A DNA stretch of 64,000 nucleotides from Minisyncoccota bacterium (GCA_022842645.1 JALHPE010000002.1:1322-65321); one strand, 5' to 3'. Counted from the first letter of the stretch, positions 9,059-19,024 are shown. The notes: generated by a model not told the origin, from the letters alone. Made by a program: numbers and translations.

Positions 9059-9424
9059 TCAAACGCCATTTCCAAGCACGACACACCGAATAGAGCCTTT
9101 GGGGGGATACTCATCTGCTTCATTTGTAGCGCAGACATGGCTTCCAAGATCGGGGCTCGTTTTTTTGAGAATCTTTTCAGGCGGTACATCTTCCCACTCT
9201 CCGTCGACCAACACCTGTACTGTTTTTTGGTCTTCCGGAGAAATGCGATCCTGTGTTGGTCGGCAATCTTCGCCGTGGCAACACGGGATACCAGCGGGAT
9301 CTTTGAGAGTTTCGTACCACGGATGAAATTGTTCGTGGCCACTCCCATGGTGGCCATCTTGGGCGTGCGCGGAGGTCGTCAGCCCTAAAGCTAGTACGGC
9401 CAACACAAAGAACATTCTCGTCAT
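9059..9424 (-). CDS. Small secreted Cys-rich protein (W..CC...DC..GEW.DVP..HVC..C)
   Basis: Signal peptide ending AHA, AAAGGA SD, downstream hairpin at about 9030-9049. Confidence 0.75.
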   Translation of the reverse strand: MTRMFFVLAVLALGLTTSAHAQDGHHGSGHEQFHPWYETLKDPAGIPCCHGEDCRPTQDRISPEDQKTVQVLVDGEWEDVPPEKILKKTSPDLGSHVCATNEADEYPPKGSIRCVVLGNGV

Positions 9425-9491
9425 GATGTGTTCCTTTCACTGTTTGACGATGAGAGGAGGATACGCTCATCGAGAACGGGGTGCAAGTGTT

Positions 9492-10217
9492 TTATGAAAG
9501 TACTGAGGCGAGATACGAAAATGTTTCTTGGGGGTTTTGCACGGCGCGGGTGGGGATGATGCCGATGACTGTTTCGTCGTTACCGCCCGGGAAGAGGGCG
9601 TCGCCGATGTAGAGGCAGTCTTCCTCCCGCCAATTCATACGTTCAATCAGTGCCTTGCAGTTGAATCCTTTGTTTTTTCCTTTTTCGAAGATGTCGAGAC
9701 AGGTGGTGCCGCCCGAGCGGATTTCGATCGCGTGTTCTTCGGAGAGTTTCTGTACGTCGCTCTCAAATATCCGCAAGAGCTCAAGACGTTTTGCGTGATC
9801 CGGATCAAACGCCTCCTTTTTTGCTATGTCTTCATGATGACCAATGAGGCTGTACGATATTTGTGAACCACGGTCTTCAATCAGGTCATGTTCGTCCTTC
9901 ACTACAAGCTGGAGATGGTCTTTCATTTTGGAAATGAGGCCAATGACCGCGCTCTTTTGTGTGGTGGAAAGTTTACGATCCCACAGAGGCGAGCCATCCG
10001 GCGCAAGAGCGGAATTCCCATTCTGACCAAGAGAAAAATACCCGTTTGCGAGTTCGGGTTCGAGCTGCAGTGCTTGTTGTGCGCGCGTTGCTCCGGATAC
10101 CACAATGACATGAGCACGCTCCGAGAGTGTTTTTAAAATAACCGCGTGCTCAGGGGTGATATGGGAGCGGCTGCGAGTGAGCGTGTTGTCGAGATCAAAA
10201 AAGAAGTGTTTTGGCAT
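9492..10217 (-). CDS. HAD-IIB hydrolase / eukaryote-type phosphomannomutase-like
   Basis: FDLDNTL, IEDRGSQIS, GGTTCLDI, YIGDALFPGGND. Confidence 0.88.
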   Translation of the reverse strand: MPKHFFFDLDNTLTRSRSHITPEHAVILKTLSERAHVIVVSGATRAQQALQLEPELANGYFSLGQNGNSALAPDGSPLWDRKLSTTQKSAVIGLISKMKDHLQLVVKDEHDLIEDRGSQISYSLIGHHEDIAKKEAFDPDHAKRLELLRIFESDVQKLSEEHAIEIRSGGTTCLDIFEKGKNKGFNCKALIERMNWREEDCLYIGDALFPGGNDETVIGIIPTRAVQNPQETFSYLASVLS

Positions 10218-10266
10218 GCCGCGATTTTAGCACAAAGGGGCTTTCGAGGTGTTGGGGGAGCGTGTC

Positions 10267-11472
10267 TTAGTCGTCGCGGCCTGATTCATCCTTCCCGCGC
10301 GATTCGTCTTTATTGTTGCTTCCTGAGTTACTCGAGTCTTCGTCGCGTTCTTCGGACTCATTCGATTTCTCATGTTTTACACGAGCTTTTTCAAGAATAG
10401 TTTCTGAATCAAAGAAAACGCTCGTGCGTTCGCTTTGTTCAAGCGAGGCGCGGAAGGAGAAGAACGCCGCTGCGTAGTTTTCTGTTTCGAGAAGATCCTC
10501 TCCCTCTTCGAGAAGGTTCTCAGCGATTTCGAGCTCGGCACGTGCCGCATCTGATTTGCGTGCCTTTTTCTGCGTCTCTTTCAATTTATACTCTGCCGCC
10601 TTTTGCATGTGCTCTGCGGTGTTTCGTTCGACTGCAGATTCTGGTACGGATTCTGCCATAGGCGTGGCCGCTTCAAAGGGTGCATCAAATGTCTCCGCCA
10701 TATTCGCCGATTCTGCGGTGAATGCAGCCGGAGCTGCTTTCATAGCCATTGTTGCAGCTGCAGGCTCAAAGACTTCCTCAGGATTGCCGCCGAGTGCTGG
10801 AGCGAGTGCGAGGCGCACCTCGGTGCGTTCTCGTAGGAGCGCAACACGGCTGCTCGCCTCGCGGATGGAGCGCTGGACGCTTGTTTCTGATTCGTTTTCC
10901 ATTCTCTGACGCACTCGTGCAAACACATCTTCGCGCGCGCGAAGACGTGTTTCAAAACGTGCCGAGAGCGCGACGGCGGTGTTGGCGTCTTCTTCGTCTA
11001 TTTCCTCAACTAAAGTTGCTGCGCTTGCGGCGTGCGCGTCGAGTGCGACGGCAAGCTGTGCTTCCGTTGCCTCGTCAAGGCGGTCGTCGGCTGCGAGTTC
11101 TGCGGCTTCTTGAATGCGACGCTCGGCGAGCTCGATTTCCACCTCAGCCTCTTCCTCGGCGCTCGAGGCAAGTGCGACTTTTAGTGGCTCGTTCACACTG
11201 GTTTTGATTGTGTAAAGCGTGTCGCCAGGAAGCGCGCCTTCTGCGGCATAAGAAACGCCCGAGCCAACGACCAAGACGAGAACGAGCGATGCGGCGATCG
11301 GGCGCTGGAGGAAAATAAACCAATCACGGGTCACGGTGTATGTAGTGATTGGTTCTGGAGCAGGGTGGAAGCGCATGTAGCCTTGGAGCACATTTTTCAT
11401 GCGCGCTTTTTCAGCGTCGGAAAGGACGACGTTTGAAGTTGCTTTTTTTATGTGTTTTTCGAAATTAGTCAT
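10267..11472 (-). CDS. Putative anti-sigma factor (single TM, DUF5667-like domain)
   Basis: Overlaps the ECF sigma. TM segment followed by AEGALPGDTLYTIK..NE..LAERRIQEA. Confidence 0.7.
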   Translation of the reverse strand: MTNFEKHIKKATSNVVLSDAEKARMKNVLQGYMRFHPAPEPITTYTVTRDWFIFLQRPIAASLVLVLVVGSGVSYAAEGALPGDTLYTIKTSVNEPLKVALASSAEEEAEVEIELAERRIQEAAELAADDRLDEATEAQLAVALDAHAASAATLVEEIDEEDANTAVALSARFETRLRAREDVFARVRQRMENESETSVQRSIREASSRVALLRERTEVRLALAPALGGNPEEVFEPAAATMAMKAAPAAFTAESANMAETFDAPFEAATPMAESVPESAVERNTAEHMQKAAEYKLKETQKKARKSDAARAELEIAENLLEEGEDLLETENYAAAFFSFRASLEQSERTSVFFDSETILEKARVKHEKSNESEERDEDSSNSGSNNKDESRGKDESGRDD

Positions 11473-12004
11473 GGTGTTCTTCGGCGCAGAGTGCGCGCAG
11501 CTTTGTGATGCCTCGATGAATGCGGACGGAGATTACGTTCTCGCTCTCTCCCAGAAGCTCAGCGATTTCTTTTGGCGAGAGTTCGTCAACGAAACGCATA
11601 GTAACCGCTTCGCGATACATCGTCGGCAATTCTTGCAGACGTTCACGAATGCGCGTGCCCAGGATTTTTTCGTCGAGCTCAGTTTCTGTCTCGCTTCTCC
11701 CGCCCTCAGCCATGCGTGCCTCAAACGCGCCCATATCGTCTTCGAGTATTTCGTCGAGCGAGGAAGACTTGCGCTTCCGGTACTCGTCGATGATGAGGTT
11801 ATTCAAAATGCGATACAGAAAACTTTTGAAATCGCGCACGTCGCCGCCCCCCTGCAGAAAATCCCAGGTTTTGAGGAACGCATCTTGTGTGAGCTCCTCT
11901 GCGCGTTCACGGTTTGAAAGCCGGAAAAACGCATGCCTGAAAAGCGCATCGGCGTATGCCTCGAACGCCTCGAGATAGTCTGCTTCAAAAGAGGGGCCTG
12001 TCAT
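11465..12004 (-). CDS. ECF RNA polymerase sigma factor
   Basis: AEELTQDAFLKTW, FLYRILNNLIIDEYRK, LSPKEIAELLG..ISVRIHRG. Confidence 0.93.
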   Translation of the reverse strand: MTGPSFEADYLEAFEAYADALFRHAFFRLSNRERAEELTQDAFLKTWDFLQGGGDVRDFKSFLYRILNNLIIDEYRKRKSSSLDEILEDDMGAFEARMAEGGRSETETELDEKILGTRIRERLQELPTMYREAVTMRFVDELSPKEIAELLGESENVISVRIHRGITKLRALCAEEHHD

Positions 12005-12006
12005 AC

Positions 12007-12033
12007 TAGACGGAAAAGGCGCCTCCGCATTAC
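12007..12033 (-). promoter_or_regulatory. Putative ECF autoregulatory promoter GTAA-N17-CGTCTA
   Basis: Same motif and spacing also occur at 27402-27428. Confidence 0.6.
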
Positions 12034-12202
12034 GGAGGGAGCCTCTATCTATTGTAGGCGGCTGGGTGATGGGGGACAAGGTCTAACTTGAGACTGCGGA
12101 GGGGCTTTAAAAAATTGTGGTTATTTAACCTCACGTTTCTTTATAAGTGTAAGTTCCAGGCAGAGGTTAAAGTCTACAAAATTGCACGAAGCGTTTCTCC
12201 AT

Positions 12203-13111
12203 TTAATCAAAAATCCGTGCCAAATAGGCATTAATTTCGCGCTGGTCGAGGTCGTAGAAGTACTTGTTTTCTGCGTGGAGGCGGGTGGCAAGATCGACCC
12301 CCACGAATCGCCAGTGCCAGGGTTCATATTGGAAAAAGGTATTGCCTTTCGGGTAGGAGAGCACGAAGCCATACTTATGTGCGTTCTTCACCAGCCAGTC
12401 ATACTGCGATGTCTCGCCAAAACTTGGCACTAGGCTCGCAGGTTTTTCCGGAGTGACGAAATCGATCGTTGAGCCAAGCTGGTGTTCGGAATAGCCTTGA
12501 TCGGCAGAAAATTTGTTGGCGGTACCCGCGCCGTAGGTCACTTTGTAGCCAGATTTCACCGCACTTTGTTCGCTAAACGAGCGATATGCAGAAAGAATTA
12601 AAAGCGGAGCGCCATCTGCTTTCGCCGCTTGCATCATGGAGCGCAGAAACGGCATAACGCCACCATGGATCATTGCGTTTGCATCTTTGCGAGCAAGTAA
12701 ATCCGCATCGATGGGTACGAGCGGATCAGGAATAAAATTTTCACTCAGAAAATAGACCGATGAATATTTTTGAAGAAGCTCGCGATCGGTTTTGGATAGT
12801 TTGTCGAGGAGACTGACGCTGCTCGCGAGTGTCTCGACGCGCTTACCGAACGCTTCGTTCTCAGCGGCCGCTTGTTGGAGTAGATTCTGCAAGCGATTAC
12901 GTTCTTCTTCCGTGCTCGAGAGTTTTTCTTGCAGCTCGGTTATCGATTGTTCTCGAGAACCAAGCTCAGCGCGTATCGCAACGAGATCGGTGTGCCCGCG
13001 CCACAGAAAAAACGCTCCCGCGCCAAGCGCGAGAGTAGAGATGGCGAGAGCGGAATGGAGCCAGAAAGAATGATGTTTGAAAAAGGTATGCACCGGCGCA
13101 TTGTACGTCAC
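12203..13111 (-). CDS. Membrane-anchored D,D-carboxypeptidase (VanY/M15B) with coiled-coil stalk
   Basis: SAYRS..EQ, SA.QGYSEHQLG.TIDF, YEPWHWRFVG. Confidence 0.9.
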   Translation of the reverse strand: MTYNAPVHTFFKHHSFWLHSALAISTLALGAGAFFLWRGHTDLVAIRAELGSREQSITELQEKLSSTEEERNRLQNLLQQAAAENEAFGKRVETLASSVSLLDKLSKTDRELLQKYSSVYFLSENFIPDPLVPIDADLLARKDANAMIHGGVMPFLRSMMQAAKADGAPLLILSAYRSFSEQSAVKSGYKVTYGAGTANKFSADQGYSEHQLGSTIDFVTPEKPASLVPSFGETSQYDWLVKNAHKYGFVLSYPKGNTFFQYEPWHWRFVGVDLATRLHAENKYFYDLDQREINAYLARIFD

Positions 13112-13115
13112 TTTT

Positions 13116-13325
13116 TCAACTCGTCACAGGAATGAGTTTCCCTAGGATCATGCTTACTATTTCAGAGTGAGAGGGGAGCGGTTCTTCGGGGTGTTTCTCG
13201 CGGAGGTGTTTGTGGAGTACGCCCGCACTCCAGCGCGTCGTCAGGATATGCACGGCTTCACGGCGCGTGGGCGCTTCCACTGCAGCGATTTCTCCGCATG
13301 AGCACATGATGGTGAATGTCATCAT
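13116..13325 (-). CDS. Small putative metal-binding protein (CxC...H...H)
   Basis: MCSCG...HLREKH. Fills the gap and abuts the downstream gene. Confidence 0.65.
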   Translation of the reverse strand: MMTFTIMCSCGEIAAVEAPTRREAVHILTTRWSAGVLHKHLREKHPEEPLPSHSEIVSMILGKLIPVTS

Positions 13326-13346
13326 AGTTCACTCGATCCCCCGATG

Positions 13347-13480
13347 GAGAAACCCGCTCTCGCGGGCTTCTCAACGAGCTTATTCGTTCAGGAATTGGGG
13401 TTCTGCTTTCGCGTTACGTGGGCTCCCAGTCGGATCCCTAAGATGCGTATGAGAACCATCCTGAAAGAACAAACTTCAAT
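13347..13480 (-). ncRNA. Candidate structured RNA (long irregular hairpin plus terminator-like stem)
   Basis: Nested pairings GTTTGTTC/GAATAAGC, TTCAGGA/TCCTGAA, GGTTCT/AGAACC, then GAGAAGCCCGC-gaga-GCGGGTTTCTC. Confidence 0.4.
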
Positions 13481-13648
13481 TTCAAGTGTGTGTTAAAGAG
13501 CGCAAAAGTCAATCGCTCTTTTTCGCGATTTTCGGGGAGAATAGGTGGACAACTATGTGCATAACCTCGATTTTTCTGGGGATTGTGTGCGTCGCAACAG
13601 GATGACTTTGCTGGTGTTGGGGATTTTGGTGCATGGTACACTTTTAGC

Positions 13649-14227
13649 ATGATCGAACATTATGCCGCCAGGACGCACGAAAAAATGCGTGAGGTTTTGA
13701 TGGCGCCGGATGCGCCCGGGCCGAACATTCATTACTACATGATTCGCGGTGGGAGCGAGCAGAAGAATGTGACGGTATGGGAGCCTGGCACAGTGGGTGG
13801 CGAATACATTAAGACGTATGGCCACTATCACATTGGGCAGCTCGATGAGACGTATTGGGTCTTACTTGGTGAGGGTGTGATTCTCCAGCAGAAACTGGTA
13901 GATGAAACAGATCCTGCACGCATCGAACTTTTTCGTGCGATTGTCGTAAAGCCGGGGGACTCCGTCTACATGCCACCAGGGCACGGGCACTTGGCAGTGA
14001 ATATCGGAAAGACTTATTTCGTAACCGCGGATGACAGCCCCGTCAACTTTGATGAAAAAAATCCTATTGCCATGCCGGGGCACGCCGACTACACGATGGT
14101 GCAGAAAATGCGCGGCTTTGCCTACTACGTCGTCGAGCGCGACGGGAGCCCCGCGCTTTTGAAAAATCCGCTTTACACCGAGGTGCAAAAAACTGATTTT
14201 GGGGGGTTGCCGGTGGTTACATCTTAA
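13649..14227 (+). CDS. Cupin-type glucose-6-phosphate isomerase
   Basis: PGTVGGEYIKTYGHYH, ETYWVLLGEG, PPGHGH..VNIG. Confidence 0.85.
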   Translation: MIEHYAARTHEKMREVLMAPDAPGPNIHYYMIRGGSEQKNVTVWEPGTVGGEYIKTYGHYHIGQLDETYWVLLGEGVILQQKLVDETDPARIELFRAIVVKPGDSVYMPPGHGHLAVNIGKTYFVTADDSPVNFDEKNPIAMPGHADYTMVQKMRGFAYYVVERDGSPALLKNPLYTEVQKTDFGGLPVVTS

Positions 14228-14260
14228 TCATGGCTGAGAAAAAACTTCCGGAAGAAAAAT

Positions 14261-15499
14261 ATGCGTGACCAAGGGCCCAGAATATTCCCCGAAGGGTTTT
14301 ACTGGGGCGCGGCAACGGCCTCCTATCAAGTCGAGGGCGGCATCGAAAATTGTGATTGGGCGGAGGCGGCGCGAGAGGGTAAGGTGCCTCCGTGCGGCAT
14401 CGCGTGTGATCACTACAATCGATACGAAAAGGATTTTGATATCGCGAAAGAGCTCGGACACAACTGTCACCGCATTTCTGTTGAGTGGGCGCGGATTGAA
14501 CCAGAGGAAGGGAAGTTTGATGAGCGTGAAATCGGGCACTATCTCGCGGTCTTAGCGGCACTCCGCGCGCGCCACATAAAACCCTTCATTACCATGTGGC
14601 ACTTCACCCTACCGCAGTGGTTTGTGGAGAAAGGAGGTTTTGAAAATCCCGAGGCACCGAAAATTTTTGCGCGCTATTGCGGCTATGTTGCGCAAAAACT
14701 CGGCAACGACTGTCGGCACTTCTCAACCATGAACGAACCGCTAGTTTTTGCATCGAATGGTTGGCGACGCGGCACCTGGCCACCCTTTAAGGCGTGGCCA
14801 CTTATGGAGCATGCGCTTCAAGCGGTGCCGGGGGCTCGTCCGTTTGTCGAGAAACGCACGGCACTTAGAAACGTGTTTCTCTACTTTAAAATAGCAAAAA
14901 ATCTAGCGCGTGCGCATAACGCCGCATACGACGCAATTAAAGCGGCCGCATTTGGAGCAGAAGTGGGCGTCGTGCACCAGGTCATCCTCTTTCATGCGAA
15001 TTGGAACCCGCTTAATAAATTATTTGCCGCACTTCTCAATTGGCACTGGACGCATCAGTTTATAAAACGCATCGTGCGCAAAACTGATTCGATTGGCGTG
15101 AATTACTATCTTCACAAAAAATTCGGCGACACGCGCGCGTACGAAAAAACCGACATGGGATGGGATGTCTACCCTGAGGGGCTTTGTGGCGCGCTGCTTA
15201 TGCTGAAGCGGTATCAGAAGCCTCTTTGGGTAAGCGAGGCGGGCGTTGCAGATGCGCACGATGCAATCCGCGCAGACTATATCACCCGCCTTGTACACGC
15301 TATGCATATGGCTATCGAAAAAGGAGCGGATGTGCGCGGCTTCATGTACTGGTCGCTTCTTGATAATTACGAATGGGCGCAAGGATTTGAAAAACGATTT
15401 GGGCTGGTTGAAATTGACTATACGACTTTGGAGCGAAACGTGCGCCCGAGCGCCTACGTGTATAAGGAGATTATTGAGCGAAATGGGTTGGTAGAATAA
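14261..15499 (+). CDS. Glycoside hydrolase family 1 (beta-glucosidase-like)
   Basis: FYWGAATASYQVEG, TMNEP, SEAG (TENG variant), WSLLDNYEW..G...RFGL. Confidence 0.95.
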   Translation: MRDQGPRIFPEGFYWGAATASYQVEGGIENCDWAEAAREGKVPPCGIACDHYNRYEKDFDIAKELGHNCHRISVEWARIEPEEGKFDEREIGHYLAVLAALRARHIKPFITMWHFTLPQWFVEKGGFENPEAPKIFARYCGYVAQKLGNDCRHFSTMNEPLVFASNGWRRGTWPPFKAWPLMEHALQAVPGARPFVEKRTALRNVFLYFKIAKNLARAHNAAYDAIKAAAFGAEVGVVHQVILFHANWNPLNKLFAALLNWHWTHQFIKRIVRKTDSIGVNYYLHKKFGDTRAYEKTDMGWDVYPEGLCGALLMLKRYQKPLWVSEAGVADAHDAIRADYITRLVHAMHMAIEKGADVRGFMYWSLLDNYEWAQGFEKRFGLVEIDYTTLERNVRPSAYVYKEIIERNGLVE

Positions 15500-15503
15500 G
15501 CGA

Positions 15504-16400
15504 ATGGCGTATCTCGCGCTTGCGGTTTTTGCACAATTTCTCTTTGCCGTTTCGGTCTTAATTGATCGGCATATCGTTTTGAAGGCAACGCATATCGGGC
15601 GGCCGATTGTTTATGCGTTTTATGTATCACTCCTCTCAGGTTTCGTGATCGTGTTTGCGCCATTTGTTTCGGTACCAGACACGCACGCGCTCGCACTCTC
15701 GTTGGTGAACGCCGCCGCGTTCGTCGCGGCAATCTTTTGTCTTTACTCGGCGCTTTTGCACGCGCGCGCGTCAGATGTCGCACCGGTTGTGGGTGCTGTT
15801 TCAGCAATTACGACGCTCGTCTTTGCGGGGCTCTGGATTGAAGGGGACATCACTGCCTCTCTGGTGCTTCCTGTTCTTTTACTTGCGGGGGGCACCGCAC
15901 TCATTTCTCATTTTCACTTTTCGCGGCACGCACTGTTTCTCACACTCATCTCCGGATTTTTCTTCGGCATCGTGGCATTTAGTTTTAAGCTCGTCTCCAT
16001 TGAATTGCCTTTTATTGACAGCTTCTTCTGGACACGCGCCATGAACGTGGTTCTTGCGCTTGGGCTGCTTGTTGTTCCAGCGTGGCGTGCGGCCATTTTC
16101 CATGGGGGCAAACGCTCATCATCCCGCGCCAAGGGCTTGGTCTTGGGAAACAAAATTATTGGTGGTGTTGCGAGCATTTTCACCGCGCTTGCGATCTCCC
16201 TCGGCTCAGTCACAGTGGTTAACTCGCTCGCAGGGCTCCAGTTCGTGTTTCTCTTTATCTTTGCGCTCCTCTTCGCAAAGCATATGCCGCGCGAAGGCAG
16301 TCGCACGCACGGGCATGGTGGCGCGCCGTCTGCAACTGGCGTCGCGCTGATTGTGTTTGGTCTCGCACTCATATCCCTTGGGCACTATCTTGAACTATGA
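15504..16400 (+). CDS. EamA/DMT-like membrane transporter
   Basis: About 10 hydrophobic helices in two repeats, located in the sugar cluster. Confidence 0.7.
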   Translation: MAYLALAVFAQFLFAVSVLIDRHIVLKATHIGRPIVYAFYVSLLSGFVIVFAPFVSVPDTHALALSLVNAAAFVAAIFCLYSALLHARASDVAPVVGAVSAITTLVFAGLWIEGDITASLVLPVLLLAGGTALISHFHFSRHALFLTLISGFFFGIVAFSFKLVSIELPFIDSFFWTRAMNVVLALGLLVVPAWRAAIFHGGKRSSSRAKGLVLGNKIIGGVASIFTALAISLGSVTVVNSLAGLQFVFLFIFALLFAKHMPREGSRTHGHGGAPSATGVALIVFGLALISLGHYLEL

Positions 16401-17383
16401 GTCGCAGCGCGAAGATCCTCCTCTCGATTCTCGTCTTTCTCGGTGCGTTGTGGGCGCTTTCGTATCGCGCAGAGCCGGAGCGCATAGAGTATGGTGTCAC
16501 CTTTAGCCCCATGTATGCGGAAGAACTCGGGCTCGAGTGGCGAGAAGTCTACCGCGCAATGCTTGAAGAACTCGGCGTAAAGAGGCTTCGTCTCGCTGCA
16601 TACTGGGAATACTCCGAGCCGGAACGCGACGTGTACGATTGGCGCGATCTTGATTTCCAAATTAGAGAGGCAAAAAAACACAATGCGGAAATAATTCTCT
16701 CAATCGGGCGACGTCTTCCGCGTTGGCCAGAGTGTCATGTGCCGTATTGGGTTGGCTACATGCCATGGGAGGAGCAGAAAATGGAGATCAGACAATATCT
16801 CACGGCGGTTGTAGAGCGATATCGTGATGAAGAAGCGATTGTCATGTGGCAGGTGGAGAACGAGCCGTTTCTGCGCGTATTTGCCACAGAACACTGCGGC
16901 GAACTCGACGTTGAATTTTTTGATGAAGAGCTTGCACTCGTGCGTTCTCTTGATAATCGCCCCATTTTAATCACTGACGGCGGGAATACCGGGCTGTGGG
17001 CCGGGGCGTATAAACGCGCGGATGTGTTCGGGACGAGCATGTACCTCTATTTCTGGAACGAAACGGCCGGGGCATTTCGTACTGCACTTCCGTCATCGTA
17101 CTATCGTGTGAAGACCAATCTTATGCGAATACTTTTTGGCGAGCGCGAGGTCATTCTCTCAGAACTCTCGCTTGAGCCATGGTTTGGTGCAGCGGTGGAA
17201 ACAGTGCCAATTCCAGAACAAATCAACCGCATGAGTCTTGAAAAGATAGAAGAAATACTTGCGTATGCAAAAAGTTCGCGCCTCGGGACGCAGTACCTAT
17301 GGGGCGTTGAGTGGTGGTACTACATGCGCGAAAAGGGACATCCTGAATTTTGGGAGCGGATGAAAAGGGTGTACGCTGAGTAG
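16397..17383 (+). CDS. Membrane-anchored clan GH-A glycoside hydrolase (GH5/GH42-like)
   Basis: YW...EPE...YDW..LD, WQVENEP, SELSLEPW. Confidence 0.75.
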   Translation: MSRSAKILLSILVFLGALWALSYRAEPERIEYGVTFSPMYAEELGLEWREVYRAMLEELGVKRLRLAAYWEYSEPERDVYDWRDLDFQIREAKKHNAEIILSIGRRLPRWPECHVPYWVGYMPWEEQKMEIRQYLTAVVERYRDEEAIVMWQVENEPFLRVFATEHCGELDVEFFDEELALVRSLDNRPILITDGGNTGLWAGAYKRADVFGTSMYLYFWNETAGAFRTALPSSYYRVKTNLMRILFGEREVILSELSLEPWFGAAVETVPIPEQINRMSLEKIEEILAYAKSSRLGTQYLWGVEWWYYMREKGHPEFWERMKRVYAE

Positions 17384-17390
17384 TATGAAT

Positions 17391-17505
17391 CCCGTTAGAA
17401 GTCGCGGACGCACGGGGTATACTGTGCACATGCGGAGGTCGCGTTTATCAACTTTATGCCAAGTGAGAGACGGGACTCTATCGTCCGCGTCCTACTTCTA
17501 ACGGG
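17391..17505. mobile_element. 115-bp MITE-like element with terminal inverted repeats and ATGAAT direct repeats
   Basis: CCCGTTAGAAGT...ACTTCTAACGGG with inner CGCGGACG/CGTCCGCG. ATGAAT at 17385-17390 and 17506-17511. Confidence 0.7.
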
Positions 17506-18306
17506 ATGAATCTTGTCTTCGATATTGGGGGAACCAAATTGCGTGTTGCAATGGCAGAAGGGCACATACTTGGAGAGATAAAAAAAGTGCCAACACCTCT
17601 TGATCTTTCCGAAACCATTCGCACACTTACGGAAATCGCACAGAGTTTTAATGTTCCCTTAGAACGGGCCGCTGGATGTATTCCCGCACAGATACACAAA
17701 GAGCGTGGTGTATACGATGCGAATAACCGACCGCTGTGGGAGGGAAGACACATGGATCGTGAGCTTGCAGAAGTATTGCAGATGCCCGTACGTATTGAAA
17801 ACGACTGTGCGGTCATTGGACTGGGAGAACGCGAAGAGGGTGCGGGGAAGGGTTCGTCGCGTATGGCGTATGTCACCGTTTCCACGGGCGTGGGTGCAGC
17901 ACTTATTGTCGATGGAGACATTGTCGCCCCCGATGGATTTTTCTTCGGCCACACGCGAGTGCATAACACCGAGCTCGAACTTCTGGTCTCTGGCACTGCG
18001 ATAAAAAAGAAATTTGGCATCGAACCAAAAGATTTAGATTCTCTTGAAGAGCGAAACGCACTTGCCGAGATTCTTGCAGAGGGTTTAGTAACACTTGTCG
18101 AGACGTGGTCGCCAGACACCATTGTCTTGGGCGGCTCAATGATCGTCGGTATAAACCCGATTCCGCTCGAAAGAGTCGCCTCAGAGCTTGCCGAGCGACT
18201 CGTGATGCACCCAAATCTGCCTGCTGTAAAAATGGCTCAGTTAGGCGATAATGGAGGCCTTGTCGGCTCCGCAATTCTTGCGGAAAAGCTTGTGTCTCAG
18301 CAATAA
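17506..18306 (+). CDS. ROK family sugar kinase
   Basis: DIGGTKLR, IENDC, VTVSTGVGAA, VLGGS. Confidence 0.92.
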   Translation: MNLVFDIGGTKLRVAMAEGHILGEIKKVPTPLDLSETIRTLTEIAQSFNVPLERAAGCIPAQIHKERGVYDANNRPLWEGRHMDRELAEVLQMPVRIENDCAVIGLGEREEGAGKGSSRMAYVTVSTGVGAALIVDGDIVAPDGFFFGHTRVHNTELELLVSGTAIKKKFGIEPKDLDSLEERNALAEILAEGLVTLVETWSPDTIVLGGSMIVGINPIPLERVASELAERLVMHPNLPAVKMAQLGDNGGLVGSAILAEKLVSQQ

Positions 18307-18323
18307 AATAGCTGGACCATACA

Positions 18324-18350
18324 CATGTGGGACTTCGTAAGTCCCACATG
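18324..18350 (+). repeat. REP hairpin upstream of RAYT
   Basis: CATGTGGGACTT-CGT-AAGTCCCACATG. Confidence 0.9.
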
Positions 18351-18367
18351 GACGTTAAGATGGGAGT

Positions 18368-19024
18368 ATGGATATTTATCACGTCCTCAATCGAGGTGTC
18401 GACAAGCGAACCATTTTTGATACACAAGCTGATCATGCACGCTTCATACACGACCTCTATGAATTCAACGATACCGCTCCGGCACCTGACGCGTATCGCC
18501 GCCCAATGTGGGACTTCGTAAGTCCCACATTGCGAGAAGAAAGGAAGATGTTGGTGGATATTCATGGGTGGTGTCTTATGAAGAATCATTACCACCTTTT
18601 ACTTTCTGAAAAACGAGAGGGTGGGCTAACGCTTTTTGTGCGCAAGCTGAATATTGGGTATTCAAAATACTATAACGACATACACAAGAGAACTGGAACC
18701 CTATTTCAAGGGAGGACGAAAAAAATACTCATTCATCAAGACGCACATTTTCTTCATATTTTACATTACATACATCTGAATCCTCTTGATTTCCTCGCGG
18801 ATACAAAAGAGTGGAGAAACGGACAGATTGCGTCGAAAGCAAAAGCACTCGATTTTCTATCGCAGTATCGGTGGAGTAGTTTGCACGACTATCAAGGGAA
18901 GAGAAATTTCCCCTCTATTCTTACCAAACACTTCTTCGAAGGCGCCTACGGTGGCGTTGCTCGACAACTACTGTCTCGCCTTGATGATATGGATTTGATA
19001 GGCATTGGGGAGCGTCTTGAATGA
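18368..19024 (+). mobile_element. REP-associated tyrosine transposase (RAYT, Y1 HUH)
   Basis: YHVLNRG...IF, CLMKNHYHLL (HUH), GTLFQGR, YIHLNP, YRWSS. Flanked by REP hairpins. Confidence 0.92.
18504..18532 (+). repeat. REP hairpin inside the RAYT coding sequence
   Basis: CAATGTGGGACTT-CGT-AAGTCCCACATTG, read in frame as PMWDFVSPTL. Confidence 0.9.

Noticed and set aside
17478-18595. Long antisense ORFs (17478-18122, 17903-18595) and similar shadow ORFs throughout the window
   Set aside because: They lie opposite well-supported genes and show no recognisable motifs.
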